In this document: positions 1 to 10,292 of the stretch, one piece after another | Layout: each line of letters opens with the position of its first letter | Position numbering within the stretch: the first letter of the stretch is position 1 | Assembly: GCA_029259815.1 (NCBI GenBank) | Contig: JAJDEJ010000109.1 | Coordinates: 8,341-72,340, forward strand | DNA: 64,000 bases | Origin: Planctomycetaceae bacterium | GTDB taxonomy: Bacteria; Planctomycetota; Planctomycetia; Planctomycetales; Planctomycetaceae | Reading direction: 5' to 3' | Made by a program: the position numbers and the translations under genes | The notes under the pieces: model-generated | The model's input: the letters and a program-made list of their open reading frames with translations, nothing else | Told to the model about the DNA's origin: nothing | The model's database searches: none

Positions 1-3000
1 TTCAACGCAACACTCGACGACCGCGACTACTTCGGAGGTTCGCTAGCTAATGTCGGTGACTTGGACGGCGACGGCCTCACCGAACTGGCCGTCGGCACCC
101 CACGCGACGACGACGGCGGCAGCAATCACGGGGCGGTTTACATTCTGAGTCTTCAGGGTGTTCCCAGTGCGCCGGTCGTCACCACGACATCGGTCAATGG
201 TGGCGGTGCGAATCGTTCGGGGATTCGTGAGCTGACGCTCAGCTTCGACCAAAACGTGACCATCACCACACTTCCGTCCGCTGCGTTGAGGCTGTTCAAT
301 CACACGACCGGGACCGCGATTGATCTGAGCAATGCAACGCTGCTGAACAATGGGACGACTTCTGTCAGTTGGGTGCTGTCGGATGGCCCCGGAGGCAATG
401 CGGATGTGTCGCTGCCGGACGGACGTTACACGGCTGAGTTGTTGGCGAGTGCTACTCTCGGTGCGGGAGGGCTGCCGCTGAGTCAGAACCATACGTTTGA
501 GTTTCACAAGCTTGGCGGAGATCTGGATGGTGATGGCAGTGTGAACTTCAATGACACGGTGCCGTTGTCGATTAACTTTGGGGTGACGGGCGGACCGATC
601 TACGGGCCGGGTGATGGGGACGGAGACGGCAGCGTGAACTTCAATGACACCGTGCCGTTGTCCATCAACTTTGGAGCGACACTGACGGCAACAGATCTTG
701 AATTCGGCGACGTCCCTGACTCGACGACTTTCCCGACCACGCTTGCCAACGATGGCGCGCGGCATGTCATCACCGGCAATACGCTCTTTCTCGGCACGGC
801 TCCTGATGCGGAGGCAGATGGTCAACCGTCGGTCGATGCCACAGGTGACGATCTGAATGGCAGTGCGGATGAGGACGGCGTCGTTGTTGGTGACCTGGAG
901 ACTGGCACAGACACCGCGGTCGCCGTGACAGCCTCTGTTCCCGGTGCGGCATTTCTCAATGGCTGGGTCGACTTCAATCAGGATGGAGACTGGGACGATG
1001 CGGGTGAGCAGGTCTTCGCTGACGAAGCACTCAGTGATGGCATCAACAATCTGAACATCGCAGTCCCGGGAGGTGCAGTGATTGGAATGACTTATGCCCG
1101 CTTCCGCATCACCGAGTCAGCCGGCTACTCTTACTTCGGGCTCGCCCCCAATGGCGAAGTTGAAGATTACCAGTTGAACGTCACTCCCGGCCCGACACCC
1201 GCAGCGATCACTGTTGATGGGGACTTCAGCGACTGGAACGCCTCACCGGCGTACACCGACCCGGTCGACGATCAACACGATACGGATCACGACCAAGCCG
1301 GAGACACCCCTGCATACGTCGACCACCCTGATGTGGACATACTGACACACAAGGTGTCTCACGATGAAGAGAATTTCTACTTCTACTTCGAGGCCACCGG
1401 AGAGATCGGCCGCACGCAAATCGAGGATTTGGGCAATGGCCTGCGAGCCGGTCGCTACTACGTGATCGTGACAATCGACGTCGACAACGATGACGTCACC
1501 GGGTATCCGCTGTACGAGGGGGGATATTACACGGGCACGACGGACACCACCGGCTATGACGCCAATGGCGAGATCGAGTTCTACAACGGGGCCTTCAACA
1601 CGGGCCACTATCTCCAGCACGGAGCGACCAACGACACCGAACTCGAACAGGCATTCGACGACCAGTCCAACGGCGGTTATGTCTGGGATCCCCCGAATAC
1701 GCCGAAGACGCAAGGCCCCTTCACGCCGGGCTTTGTCAACGTCCTGCCAGGCAGCTACGACTACTACACCCAATGGGTCTACAGGGAGAACGATCCCGGC
1801 TTCGGTGGTAACGACTCAGTGACCTTCGTCCAGGACAGGGGGCCGGTGATTGCCGGCAACATCACCTACGCCCTGTCTGCAGACGGCCATCAACTCGAGA
1901 TGAAGGTCCCCTTCAAGGGATTCCTGGAGGACGCCGAGGGCAATCCCATCGTCGGCATCGGAGACACGGTAGACCTCTCCTTCTCTCTCGAAGCCAGTGG
2001 CGAACTGAGCAACGAGTCCACCCCTGCGAACCCGGACGGCGAGTGGGCCTCCGACACCGCCGAACCGGTCATTGGATACTATCTCAGCCCAATTCCGACC
2101 GCGCTGGACGTGTATGTGGCTCAGGCAGACCCGTCGTATGGCTTCACGCACGACGACACAATTGACGGTCCCGGCTACACCGCCTACGTGATGGACATGA
2201 CTTCGCAGACGTGGCGTGATGCCTCCGAGGTTGACCAGCCGGTGTGGGAGCATTGGGTCACCATGATCGTGCCGGACAGTGCTGTCTCGGACACGGCCAT
2301 TCTCTTTGTCGATGGCGGATCAAACACGAGGCCCGCCCCGACGACTATCGGTGATCTCGATGTCGAAGCTGTACAGATGGCGGTTGACTCTGGTCTGGTC
2401 ACGATCCATCTGCCGACCGTCCCCAGTGAACCGCTGACCTTCACTGATGAGGCCACTTCGCGTACGGAAGACGAGATCATCGCGTACACCTTCAACAAGT
2501 TCCTCAATGGGGGCGATGCAGAGTGGCCGTTGCTTAACGCAATGGTCAAGAGTGCCGTCGCAGCCATGGATACGGCTCAGTCCTTCGACGACACGCTGCC
2601 CGGTGTCGAACTGCAGGAATTCATCGTGACCGGTGCCTCCAAGCGGGGCTGGACCACTTGGCTGACCGCAGCAGCCGATCCCCGCGTCACTGCCATCGTG
2701 CCATTCGTGATCGACGTGCTCAATATGGAGCCGAGCATGATGCATCACATGCAGCAGTACGTTGGTGTGACTCAAGAGATCATCGGCGGCTACTCGAGTT
2801 CCGTCCATGACTATGTTGATCTCAACATCATGGATCGGCTGAGCACTCCTGAGGGTCAAGCACTCCTCGAGATCGTCGACCCGTACGAATACCGTGGTCG
2901 ACTCTCAATGCCCAAATACATCGTCAACTCAGCCGGCGATGAGTTCTTCGTTCCGGATTCTTCACAGTTCTACTTTGATAACCTCGTGGGACCGAAGTAT

Positions 3001-3696
3001 TTGAGGTACGTTCCCAACACAGGGCATGATCTCAATTCCGACGCCCTCGACAAGGCGATCAACTTCATGACGCTCGTCGAGGCGGGGGCCTCATTGCCGC
3101 ACCTTGATTGGACCATCGAATCCAGCGGCGAGATCATTCGCGCGAACACGGTCGAGACACCATTCGAGGTCAACCTGTGGCAGGCTACGAATCTCAGTTC
3201 ACTCGACTTCCGCTTCAACACTTTCGGAGCGCAGTGGGCGAGTTCCACTCTGACAGGGAGTGGAGGTGAGTATGTCGCCCAAGTGACACCGCCGGCGACC
3301 GGAGGCACCGCGTTCTTTGTCGAGCTGAAATACACCATCAATGGACTTGACTTGACCTTGACCACTGACGTCAGCATCGTCAAAGCGACGAGCGGCGCTC
3401 CAAGCTTGACTCTCGATCCTGATGTCGTTGTCACCCCGGTCCGCGAACGTCGCCTGCCGAGAAATCGACTGTTCCGCAGTCGATCAGAGGACGACTCACT
3501 GCAAACCTCGCTGATCACGACAGTCACGACATCACCCTCAACCCCGCCTGTGGTCGAACAGCGCTTCAAGAAAGCCACAGATGGCGACGACCCCTTGTCT
3601 GTCAGACGAGTGAGGCGTGATCAAGCGAGTCGTGAAAGTGACGAGGAGAGCGTGATTCGTGACGCTGGCAAGAGTGACTTCCTGCGAAGTTTTTGA
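1..3696 (+). CDS. Large secreted multidomain protein with its 5' end outside the window. Domains: FG-GAP-like repeat, two dockerin/EF-hand-like repeats, a GEVED motif, and a C-terminal PhoPQ-activated pathogenicity-related (PqaA-type) hydrolase-like domain.
   Basis: Frame 1 is open from nt 1 (FNATLDDRDYFGGSLANVGDLDGDG...), so the listed ORF 61..3696 is a truncated view. Motifs: DLDGDGLTELAVGTP...GAVYIL (FG-GAP); two copies of GDGSVNFNDTVPLSINFG; NGEVEDYQLNV (GEVED); YVMDMTSQTWRD..WEHWVTMIVPD..GASKRGWTTWL (PhoPQ-related family). Confidence 0.85.
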   Translation, partial: FNATLDDRDYFGGSLANVGDLDGDGLTELAVGTPRDDDGGSNHGAVYILSLQGVPSAPVVTTTSVNGGGANRSGIRELTLSFDQNVTITTLPSAALRLFNHTTGTAIDLSNATLLNNGTTSVSWVLSDGPGGNADVSLPDGRYTAELLASATLGAGGLPLSQNHTFEFHKLGGDLDGDGSVNFNDTVPLSINFGVTGGPIYGPGDGDGDGSVNFNDTVPLSINFGATLTATDLEFGDVPDSTTFPTTLANDGARHVITGNTLFLGTAPDAEADGQPSVDATGDDLNGSADEDGVVVGDLETGTDTAVAVTASVPGAAFLNGWVDFNQDGDWDDAGEQVFADEALSDGINNLNIAVPGGAVIGMTYARFRITESAGYSYFGLAPNGEVEDYQLNVTPGPTPAAITVDGDFSDWNASPAYTDPVDDQHDTDHDQAGDTPAYVDHPDVDILTHKVSHDEENFYFYFEATGEIGRTQIEDLGNGLRAGRYYVIVTIDVDNDDVTGYPLYEGGYYTGTTDTTGYDANGEIEFYNGAFNTGHYLQHGATNDTELEQAFDDQSNGGYVWDPPNTPKTQGPFTPGFVNVLPGSYDYYTQWVYRENDPGFGGNDSVTFVQDRGPVIAGNITYALSADGHQLEMKVPFKGFLEDAEGNPIVGIGDTVDLSFSLEASGELSNESTPANPDGEWASDTAEPVIGYYLSPIPTALDVYVAQADPSYGFTHDDTIDGPGYTAYVMDMTSQTWRDASEVDQPVWEHWVTMIVPDSAVSDTAILFVDGGSNTRPAPTTIGDLDVEAVQMAVDSGLVTIHLPTVPSEPLTFTDEATSRTEDEIIAYTFNKFLNGGDAEWPLLNAMVKSAVAAMDTAQSFDDTLPGVELQEFIVTGASKRGWTTWLTAAADPRVTAIVPFVIDVLNMEPSMMHHMQQYVGVTQEIIGGYSSSVHDYVDLNIMDRLSTPEGQALLEIVDPYEYRGRLSMPKYIVNSAGDEFFVPDSSQFYFDNLVGPKYLRYVPNTGHDLNSDALDKAINFMTLVEAGASLPHLDWTIESSGEIIRANTVETPFEVNLWQATNLSSLDFRFNTFGAQWASSTLTGSGGEYVAQVTPPATGGTAFFVELKYTINGLDLTLTTDVSIVKATSGAPSLTLDPDVVVTPVRERRLPRNRLFRSRSEDDSLQTSLITTVTTSPSTPPVVEQRFKKATDGDDPLSVRRVRRDQASRESDEESVIRDAGKSDFLRSF

Positions 3697-3901
3697 AGAG
3701 AGCGAGCAATCTTGCCGACGATGTCGCTGATTCCCACCAACTCGCATGCGGTCCAGTGCGACTGAGCTGTTGACATCTGCCGCACAAACTCAAAGAGTGG
3801 TAGCGTTCCTGGGAAGGTCAGGAGTGAATTCGCTGACACCCTGAAATGCGACATTCATGAGTTCCCCAGTGCGATTCAGCATGTGATTCGCATCCAATCC
3901 T

Positions 3902-4942
3902 GTGACCCGCGAAGAGACAGAAATGTCATTCCAACGAACCGTCGGGACTGAAGAGTTTGAGAACGAGCGGGAGATCGTGGAGCAGCTGCGGGCGGGGCGG
4001 CGGCGGATTGGGGAGGAACTCTCCAAAGTCATCGTCGGACAGGAGGACGTGATCGAGCAGTTGCTGATCACGCTGTTTGCTGGCGGGCACTGTCTGATCA
4101 CCGGTGCTCCTGGTTTGGCGAAGACGCTTCTGGTGAAGTCGATCGCACAGATCTTTCATCTGAAGTTTCAGCGGATTCAGTTCACCCCTGACCTGATGCC
4201 GGCAGACATCACCGGGACTGAGATTCTACAAGAGAACTCAGAGGGGTTGCGTGAACTCGTGTTCGTCAAGGGGCCAGTCTTCGCCAATGTGCTGTTGGCG
4301 GATGAAATCAACCGGACCCCGCCCAAGACGCAGGCGGCACTGTTGGAGGCGATGCAGGAGCATCAGGTGACGGCTGCGGGCGAGTTACACAAGCTGGAGG
4401 AGCCGTTCTTTGTGCTGGCGACACAGAATCCGATCGAGATGGAGGGAACCTATCCGCTGCCTGAGGCACAACTCGATCGGTTCATGTTGAACGTGGTCAT
4501 CGATTATCTTCCGCATGAGGACGAGGTCGCTGTGGTCGAACAGACGACGGCTGGGAAACCTCAAGTGATCGAGCCATTGTTCACTGGAGAGGACGTGCTT
4601 GCGTTTCACGATGTCATCCGCCGAGTGCCGATTGCGAAGGATTTGATCGACTACGCTGTCCGACTCGCTTCGTCAACACGCCCCGGACGCGATGCATCGC
4701 CCGGCTTCGTCAACGACTGGGTCAGCTGGGGAGCCGGCACTCGCGCATCGCAATATCTCGTCTTGGGTGCGAAGGCCCGAGCATTGATCTCCGGCAGAGC
4801 CCATGTGACACGTGAGGACTTACAAAAGCTGGCGAAGCCCGTTCTGCGACACCGCGTGCTGGTGAACTACCGGGCGGAGGCGGAAGGCGTGACCGTTGAA
4901 CAAGTGATCGATCGGCTTCTGCAGAGCATGCCACGAGCGTAA
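3902..4942 (+). CDS. moxR: MoxR-family AAA+ ATPase (AAA_3)
   Basis: Walker A GAPGLAKT, Walker B LLADEINR, and FQRIQFTPDLMPADITG, typical of MoxR. The ORF starts at GTG 3902. ATG 3923 (MSFQRTV...) is an alternative start. Confidence 0.93.
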   Translation: MTREETEMSFQRTVGTEEFENEREIVEQLRAGRRRIGEELSKVIVGQEDVIEQLLITLFAGGHCLITGAPGLAKTLLVKSIAQIFHLKFQRIQFTPDLMPADITGTEILQENSEGLRELVFVKGPVFANVLLADEINRTPPKTQAALLEAMQEHQVTAAGELHKLEEPFFVLATQNPIEMEGTYPLPEAQLDRFMLNVVIDYLPHEDEVAVVEQTTAGKPQVIEPLFTGEDVLAFHDVIRRVPIAKDLIDYAVRLASSTRPGRDASPGFVNDWVSWGAGTRASQYLVLGAKARALISGRAHVTREDLQKLAKPVLRHRVLVNYRAEAEGVTVEQVIDRLLQSMPRA

Positions 4943-4956
4943 CGGAACCTGTCAAC

Positions 4957-5895
4957 ATGCCCGACACAAAGTCCTCCTCTGCGGCATCGTTCATCGATCC
5001 TGTTGCCTTGATGCAGATTCGTTCGCTCGAGTTGCGGGCAAAGGCGGTCGTGGAGGGATTCCTCAGCGGATTGCACCGGTCGCCCTATCACGGGTTCTCA
5101 GTCGAGTTCAGCGAGTACCGCCAATATGTGCCGGGGGACGACCCTCGGTATCTCGACTGGCGATTATTGGCTCGCAGCGACCGCTACTACGTCAAACGGT
5201 TCGAGGACGAGACGAATCTGCGGACGCATCTGTTGCTCGACGCGAGCAAGTCGATGTCGTTCGGCTCGCTCGCCTATACAAAGGCCGACTATGCGAAGAC
5301 GCTCGCGGCAACGCTGGGCTACTTCCTGAACTCGCAACGTGATGCTGTCGGCTTGGTGAGATTTGATGAACGGATCGACGAGTTCATCCCCGCTCGCTAT
5401 CGCACGGGGCATCTCAGACGGCTCATGTTGGCCCTCGACAAGCCGGTCGAGGGCACGTCGACCAATCTTGCCGAGCCACTGGATCAAGTGGCTGAACAGG
5501 TCCGTAAACGAGGCATGCTTGTGCTGATCTCTGATCTGCTGGCACCCCTTGATGATCTCGAAACCAAACTGTCCTACTTTCGCGCTCGCGGTCATGAGGT
5601 CATCTTGTTCCAGGTTCTCGACCCCGCAGAACTCACACTCGACTTCGAGGAGCCGACGCAATTTCGCGACATCGAGTCGGGCCGAGAGGTCTATGTCGAC
5701 CCCGCTTTCGCACGCGAGAGGTACATGGAACGGCTGCAGGAACACTTGGACGCGATCACGACGAGCTGTGATCGACTGGGAGTTGATGTCTTTCGACTCT
5801 CGACCAACACACCTCTCGAAGCCGCCTTGGGAGACTTCCTGCGAAGCCGACTGCGAACAATGACGAAGTCTGTGTCGCGATCCCGCGGGTGGTGA
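4957..5895 (+). CDS. DUF58 domain protein, the usual partner of MoxR
   Basis: YRQYVPGDDPRYLDWRLLARSDRYYVKRFEDE is the DUF58 signature. The gene starts 14 nt after moxR on the same strand. Confidence 0.9.
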   Translation: MPDTKSSSAASFIDPVALMQIRSLELRAKAVVEGFLSGLHRSPYHGFSVEFSEYRQYVPGDDPRYLDWRLLARSDRYYVKRFEDETNLRTHLLLDASKSMSFGSLAYTKADYAKTLAATLGYFLNSQRDAVGLVRFDERIDEFIPARYRTGHLRRLMLALDKPVEGTSTNLAEPLDQVAEQVRKRGMLVLISDLLAPLDDLETKLSYFRARGHEVILFQVLDPAELTLDFEEPTQFRDIESGREVYVDPAFARERYMERLQEHLDAITTSCDRLGVDVFRLSTNTPLEAALGDFLRSRLRTMTKSVSRSRGW

Positions 5896-5955
5896 CGAGA
5901 GTTGTCATTTCAAGTTTGAATTATCAGATTTGAGATTTGAAAGAATTTTACAGGC

Positions 5956-8070
5956 ATGAGCTTCCTGACTCCTCTCTATCTGCTCGGCGTCTTGGCGGTG
6001 ACGTTGCCGGTCGTGTTTCACATGATCCGACGCACTCCCCGTGGGCAGCAGGAGTTCAGCAGTGTGATGTTCCTGGAGCCTTCGCCGCCACGAATCACGC
6101 ATCGAAGCACCATCGAGCATTGGTTGCTCTTACTCTTGCGGGCCGCCGCCGTCTGCCTGTTGGCAGTGGCTTTTGCTCGTCCGTTTCTGCGGCTGCAAGA
6201 CGGACGGACGGTGGTCGGCGGTGAGTTTCGAGAGATCGTGGTGTTACTCGACACCAGTGCCAGCATGCGTCGCGAAGGAGTTTGGCAGGAAGCGATTGAT
6301 CGAGTCCATCAAGTCATCGCCGATGTTGAGCCGATGGATCGCGTGGAACTTCTGGCCTTTGATCGAAGACCGCGTGTGCTGATGGATGTCGAACAGTGGA
6401 CATCGATGTTGCCCACTCAGCGAGTGGAGACCGTTGATCGATTGCTGGACGAACTGACGCCGACCTGGGCAGCGACGGACTTGGGACTCGCACTGATCGA
6501 AGCGGCTGAGCGACTCGACGATGAACAACAGGCCGAAGGACTCGGGCTGTCGCGAACAATCGTCGTTGTCTCTGATTTGCAGCAAGGCTGCCGCATCGAG
6601 TCTTTGCAGTCGTATCAATGGCCGAAGCAAATGGCAGTCAGATTCAAGACCGTTGGAAGTGATGTCTCGCCGAACAATGCGGGCCTGCATGCAGTCGTTC
6701 GCGCAGCAGACATGGTGTCGACGAATGACGTGAGGGTCCGCGTGACGAATGCAGCCGGAGCCCGTCGAGAGCAGTTCACTCTCAATTGGGTCAGCGAGAC
6801 TTCCTCTGCAACCGATGCATCGGTCCTCTCCGTGAGCGTTGCGCCAGGGAAGAGTCGTGTCGTCTCAGTGCCAAAATCCGAGGAGTTACGCGGAGTGGGG
6901 CAACTCATTCTTAAAGGTGACGATCACGCGTTCGACAACACTTGTCACGTCGGCAATTCGAAGCGAAGACACGTGAACGTTCTCCTCGTGTCCGACGATG
7001 AATCGGACGACCCCGAGGGCATGCGCTACTATCTGGAGCGTGCTCTCGCAGAGACATCTGAACGCACTGTCACCATTCACGCTGATCAGGAAGCCATCGA
7101 AACTCTGACTGATCAAGCCGTCGACCTGATGGTCATCACAAAATTGCCGACTCCCGAACGACTGGAACAGCTCCGCGACCGCGTCACCAAGGGAGATACA
7201 GCACTGGTCGTTCCTGCGAGTGCTGCGGAATTTGGAGTGTTGTTTGCGTTACTGCAACTCAACCTGTCAGAGACTGGTGACGCACCAAAGGATGCAGCAG
7301 CCGATGACTACGTGATGCTGAGTGACATTGACTTCACGCATCCGTTATTCGCCGCTCTGGACCAGCCTCGGTTCTCCGACTTCACCAAGGTGCGCTTTTG
7401 GAGACACCGGCAAGTCAATGCTGAGTTGTTGCCTGATCTGCGTGTGCTCGCGAGATTCGATGACAACGACATTGCTGCGGGCGAAGTGACGCTGGGCGAG
7501 GGACGTGTCGTGTTTTTTACCTCAGGGTGGCAGCCGGAAGACAGCCAACTGGCTCTCTCGACCAAGTTTGTGCCCATGCTGAATGGACTCCTCGACGACG
7601 CAGCCGGTCTTGTCACGTTGCGGTCGGTTTTCGTCGTCGGTGACGCGGTCGATTTGTCGGAGTTGCTGCAACCGCAGGATGTCGCAGTGGGTGTGATCAC
7701 GCCGTCAGAGGAGGAGATTGCTATCACAGAAGAGACTCCGATCTTTACCGACACCGACCAGCCGGGGCGCTACCGAGTGTTGCTGAGTGAATCGGAGAAC
7801 GAGCAGTCGCCGGACTTTGTCGTGAATCTGGACCCGTCGGAATCTTTGACAACTCCACTGTCGGTCGAGACTGTCCGGGCAGTAGGCCTTCCAATGGACT
7901 CGGAAAGCAATTCGTCATCAAAGGCAACAGGCATCCAACGGCAATTGCACAACAGCGAGTTGGAGCAGCAACAGAAATTGTGGCGGTGGATCATTATCGC
8001 TGCCATTCTGGTTCTCTTCGTTGAGACCCTGGTTGCCTTTCGTGTGGCGAGAGCCTCTCGTCACGGGTGA
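5956..8070 (+). CDS. BatA-type membrane protein with an N-terminal double-transmembrane domain and a vWA domain
   Basis: The N-terminus MSFLTPLYLLGVLAVTLPVVFHMIRRTP...FLEPSPPR matches the BatA/aerotolerance N-terminal domain. VVLLDTSASM is a vWA MIDAS-like motif. There is a C-terminal TM helix. It is the third gene of the moxR operon. Confidence 0.85.
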   Translation: MSFLTPLYLLGVLAVTLPVVFHMIRRTPRGQQEFSSVMFLEPSPPRITHRSTIEHWLLLLLRAAAVCLLAVAFARPFLRLQDGRTVVGGEFREIVVLLDTSASMRREGVWQEAIDRVHQVIADVEPMDRVELLAFDRRPRVLMDVEQWTSMLPTQRVETVDRLLDELTPTWAATDLGLALIEAAERLDDEQQAEGLGLSRTIVVVSDLQQGCRIESLQSYQWPKQMAVRFKTVGSDVSPNNAGLHAVVRAADMVSTNDVRVRVTNAAGARREQFTLNWVSETSSATDASVLSVSVAPGKSRVVSVPKSEELRGVGQLILKGDDHAFDNTCHVGNSKRRHVNVLLVSDDESDDPEGMRYYLERALAETSERTVTIHADQEAIETLTDQAVDLMVITKLPTPERLEQLRDRVTKGDTALVVPASAAEFGVLFALLQLNLSETGDAPKDAAADDYVMLSDIDFTHPLFAALDQPRFSDFTKVRFWRHRQVNAELLPDLRVLARFDDNDIAAGEVTLGEGRVVFFTSGWQPEDSQLALSTKFVPMLNGLLDDAAGLVTLRSVFVVGDAVDLSELLQPQDVAVGVITPSEEEIAITEETPIFTDTDQPGRYRVLLSESENEQSPDFVVNLDPSESLTTPLSVETVRAVGLPMDSESNSSSKATGIQRQLHNSELEQQQKLWRWIIIAAILVLFVETLVAFRVARASRHG

Positions 8071-8263
8071 ATGAATTCACGTGAAACGACCGACATCAGT
8101 GCAGAGCGATGTCTCTCTGAAGTTTCACTGAGCGAAAGCGTCTGTCCATGCCACTCACATTGCTCCTGTGGTACGATCCGACTGATCCCAGGGTTTGGGA
8201 TCGATGCTGACTCTCCTCCCGTCCTTACCGCGACTCTGTGATCGATCAATCGAGGCCTCACAC

Positions 8264-9016
8264 ATGTCCCAAGATTTTCGTGCGCGTTTGAAAGCTGGCG
8301 AGACACTGATGGGGACCATGGCCACGCTCCCCACACCAGCTGTGGCTGAGATCCTTGCCAGCGTTGGCTTCGACTGGTTGTTCGTCGACGGCGAACATGG
8401 ACCGTTGGAGACAGCTGATCTCTTGGGGATTCTGCAAGCGGTCGGCGGTCGCTCTGCGTGTTTGTATCGTGTTCCAGAGGCTGCGGAGGTGCCGATCAAG
8501 AAGGCGCTCGATCTCGGTGCGGATGGTATCATCGCTCCTCAGGTCAACACGCCCGAGCAGGCGGCAGATGTTGTTCGCTGGGCTCGATTTGCTCCGCAGG
8601 GATCGCGTGGTGTCGGCCTGGCGCGGGCGCATGGATACGGGTTGAAGTTTGCTGAGTATCTGGAGTCAGCGAATGAACAAACCACTGTCGTTGTGCAGGC
8701 GGAACATGCTCTGGCTGCGGAAAACATTGAGAAGACCGTTCAAGTCGAGGGCATCGACGCTGTCCTGCTCGGACCATATGACCTGTCCGCCAGTCTCGGG
8801 CAGACAGGCAAGCTCGACCATCCCTCCGTCACGCAGGCGATCGACCACATCACAGCGACGTGTCAGGCTGCGGGCATTCCACTTGGCTATTTTGGTGTCA
8901 CAGCAGATGCGGTCCGTCCATATATCAATCGTGGGTACACACTGATCGTCGCGGGTGTCGATGCCCTGATGTTGGGAACGGCTGCCGGCAAGCTACTCAA
9001 CAACTTGCGAGCGTGA
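8264..9016 (+). CDS. HpcH/HpaI-family aldolase (2-keto-3-deoxy-sugar-acid aldolase-like), paralogue 1
   Basis: GFDWLFVDGEHGP, DLGADGIIAPQV, RFAPQGSRG and VQAEH are typical of HpcH_HpaI. The ORF opens at 8195, but I prefer ATG 8264 (MSQDFRARLKAGETLMGT). Confidence 0.88.
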   Translation: MSQDFRARLKAGETLMGTMATLPTPAVAEILASVGFDWLFVDGEHGPLETADLLGILQAVGGRSACLYRVPEAAEVPIKKALDLGADGIIAPQVNTPEQAADVVRWARFAPQGSRGVGLARAHGYGLKFAEYLESANEQTTVVVQAEHALAAENIEKTVQVEGIDAVLLGPYDLSASLGQTGKLDHPSVTQAIDHITATCQAAGIPLGYFGVTADAVRPYINRGYTLIVAGVDALMLGTAAGKLLNNLRA

Positions 9017-9044
9017 GCCACCAGATCAACGATGAGGTCCTCCG

Positions 9045-10292
9045 ATGGAAAACACGCTGTTTACCGGTGTCAATATCCTCGACTGCACAGGAGCTGAACC
9101 GTATCCCGGCGAAGTGCTGGTCGAAGGCAAGCGGATTACTGCCATTGCCCGAGGAACTGACAAACTGCCTCGCGATAACAGCGATGTCATCGAGGGAGGT
9201 GGCACGGCGACCTTGATGCCCGGCCTCATTGAGTCGCATGCCCATCTCAGCATCGACAATGTGGATGACCTTGCCAGCATCGGCATGATCCCGCCAGAAG
9301 AGAACACGCTGATCGCCATGCGGAACGCAGCGTTCTACCTCGACTGCGGCATCACCAGTTGCATCAGTGCAGCAGCTTCCAAGGCTCGGATGGACGTCGT
9401 GATCCGCAATGCGATCAACAAGGGAGAGATCGCCGGTCCGAGGTTGCTCGCCGCCAGTCCTTGGCTCACTGTCACAGGCGGGCTGGGTGACATGCGCACG
9501 TTACACATGCCAGACATCTCCTCAATGGCCCTGATGGCTGATGGGCCGGAAGAGTTCCGTCGCTTGACCCGTGAACTCATCCGCGAGGGGGTCGACATCA
9601 TCAAACTCGTGATTTCCGGCGACACATTCGTCCCGCATGCTCCGTCAGACTCGACCGTCATGAGCGAAGCAGAGGTGGCAGCGGCGGCAGAAGTCGTGCA
9701 TGCCCACGGCAAACGCATGAGTGCCCACGCCCGCAGTGCAGACTCGGTCAAGCTGGCGGTCAAGCATGGCGTGAAGGTCATCTATCACGCGAACTTCGCT
9801 GATGAAGAGGCGATCGACATGCTGGAGGCCAACAAGGATTGGGTGTTCGTCAGCCCCAACATTGGGTTCACAGCGACCGCTGCCTACGAGGGAAGTGAGT
9901 GGTTCACCGAGGAGGAGGTCGTCGAACTCGGCTTCCGTGAGGAACTCGAGGGAGCCGCGAAAGGACTGCAGGAACTCAGGCGACGCGGCATTCGCATCCT
10001 GGGCGGCGGCGACTACGGCTTCTTCGTCACACCGCACGGCGACAACGCGAAGGACCTCGGCCATCTCATCAAGTATTGTGGTTTCACACCGATGGAAGCT
10101 CTTCAAAGCATGACGAAGCACGGCGGAGCCGCGATGGACCTCCCCAACGAACTTGGTCAGATCCAGGAGGGCTTCCTCGCAGATCTGCTCCTCGTCGACG
10201 GCGACCCACTCGCGGAACCAGAGGTGCTCCTCGATCGAGACAAACTCATCGCCGTCATGAAAGACGGCCAGTTTCACAAGCAATCAAAGTAG
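9045..10292 (+). CDS. Amidohydrolase-family metal-dependent hydrolase
   Basis: LMPGLIESHAHLS is the HxH metal motif, the HANF..D pattern follows later, and the 415-aa length fits the amidohydrolase superfamily. The stop codon TAG (10290-10292) lies inside repeat family A. Confidence 0.85.
   Translation: MENTLFTGVNILDCTGAEPYPGEVLVEGKRITAIARGTDKLPRDNSDVIEGGGTATLMPGLIESHAHLSIDNVDDLASIGMIPPEENTLIAMRNAAFYLDCGITSCISAAASKARMDVVIRNAINKGEIAGPRLLAASPWLTVTGGLGDMRTLHMPDISSMALMADGPEEFRRLTRELIREGVDIIKLVISGDTFVPHAPSDSTVMSEAEVAAAAEVVHAHGKRMSAHARSADSVKLAVKHGVKVIYHANFADEEAIDMLEANKDWVFVSPNIGFTATAAYEGSEWFTEEEVVELGFREELEGAAKGLQELRRRGIRILGGGDYGFFVTPHGDNAKDLGHLIKYCGFTPMEALQSMTKHGGAAMDLPNELGQIQEGFLADLLLVDGDPLAEPEVLLDRDKLIAVMKDGQFHKQSK

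Noticed and set aside
43-825. Long antisense or alternative-frame ORFs inside well-supported genes. Examples are 43..825(-), 1243..1773(-), 5164..5745(-), 10854..11426(-), 18501..19124(-), 21500..22165(-) and 45972..46811(+). Others are 49275..49862(+), 51803..52834(+), 53423..54175(-), 54813..55541(+), 56092..56868(+), 58041..58865(+), 59298..59816(+), 62198..62746(+) and 63259..63834(+).
   Set aside because: They lie entirely within, or opposite to, ORFs that carry clear family motifs. Their translations are Arg/Pro/Ser-rich and low in complexity, as expected for shadow frames in GC-rich DNA. None shows a recognisable motif.
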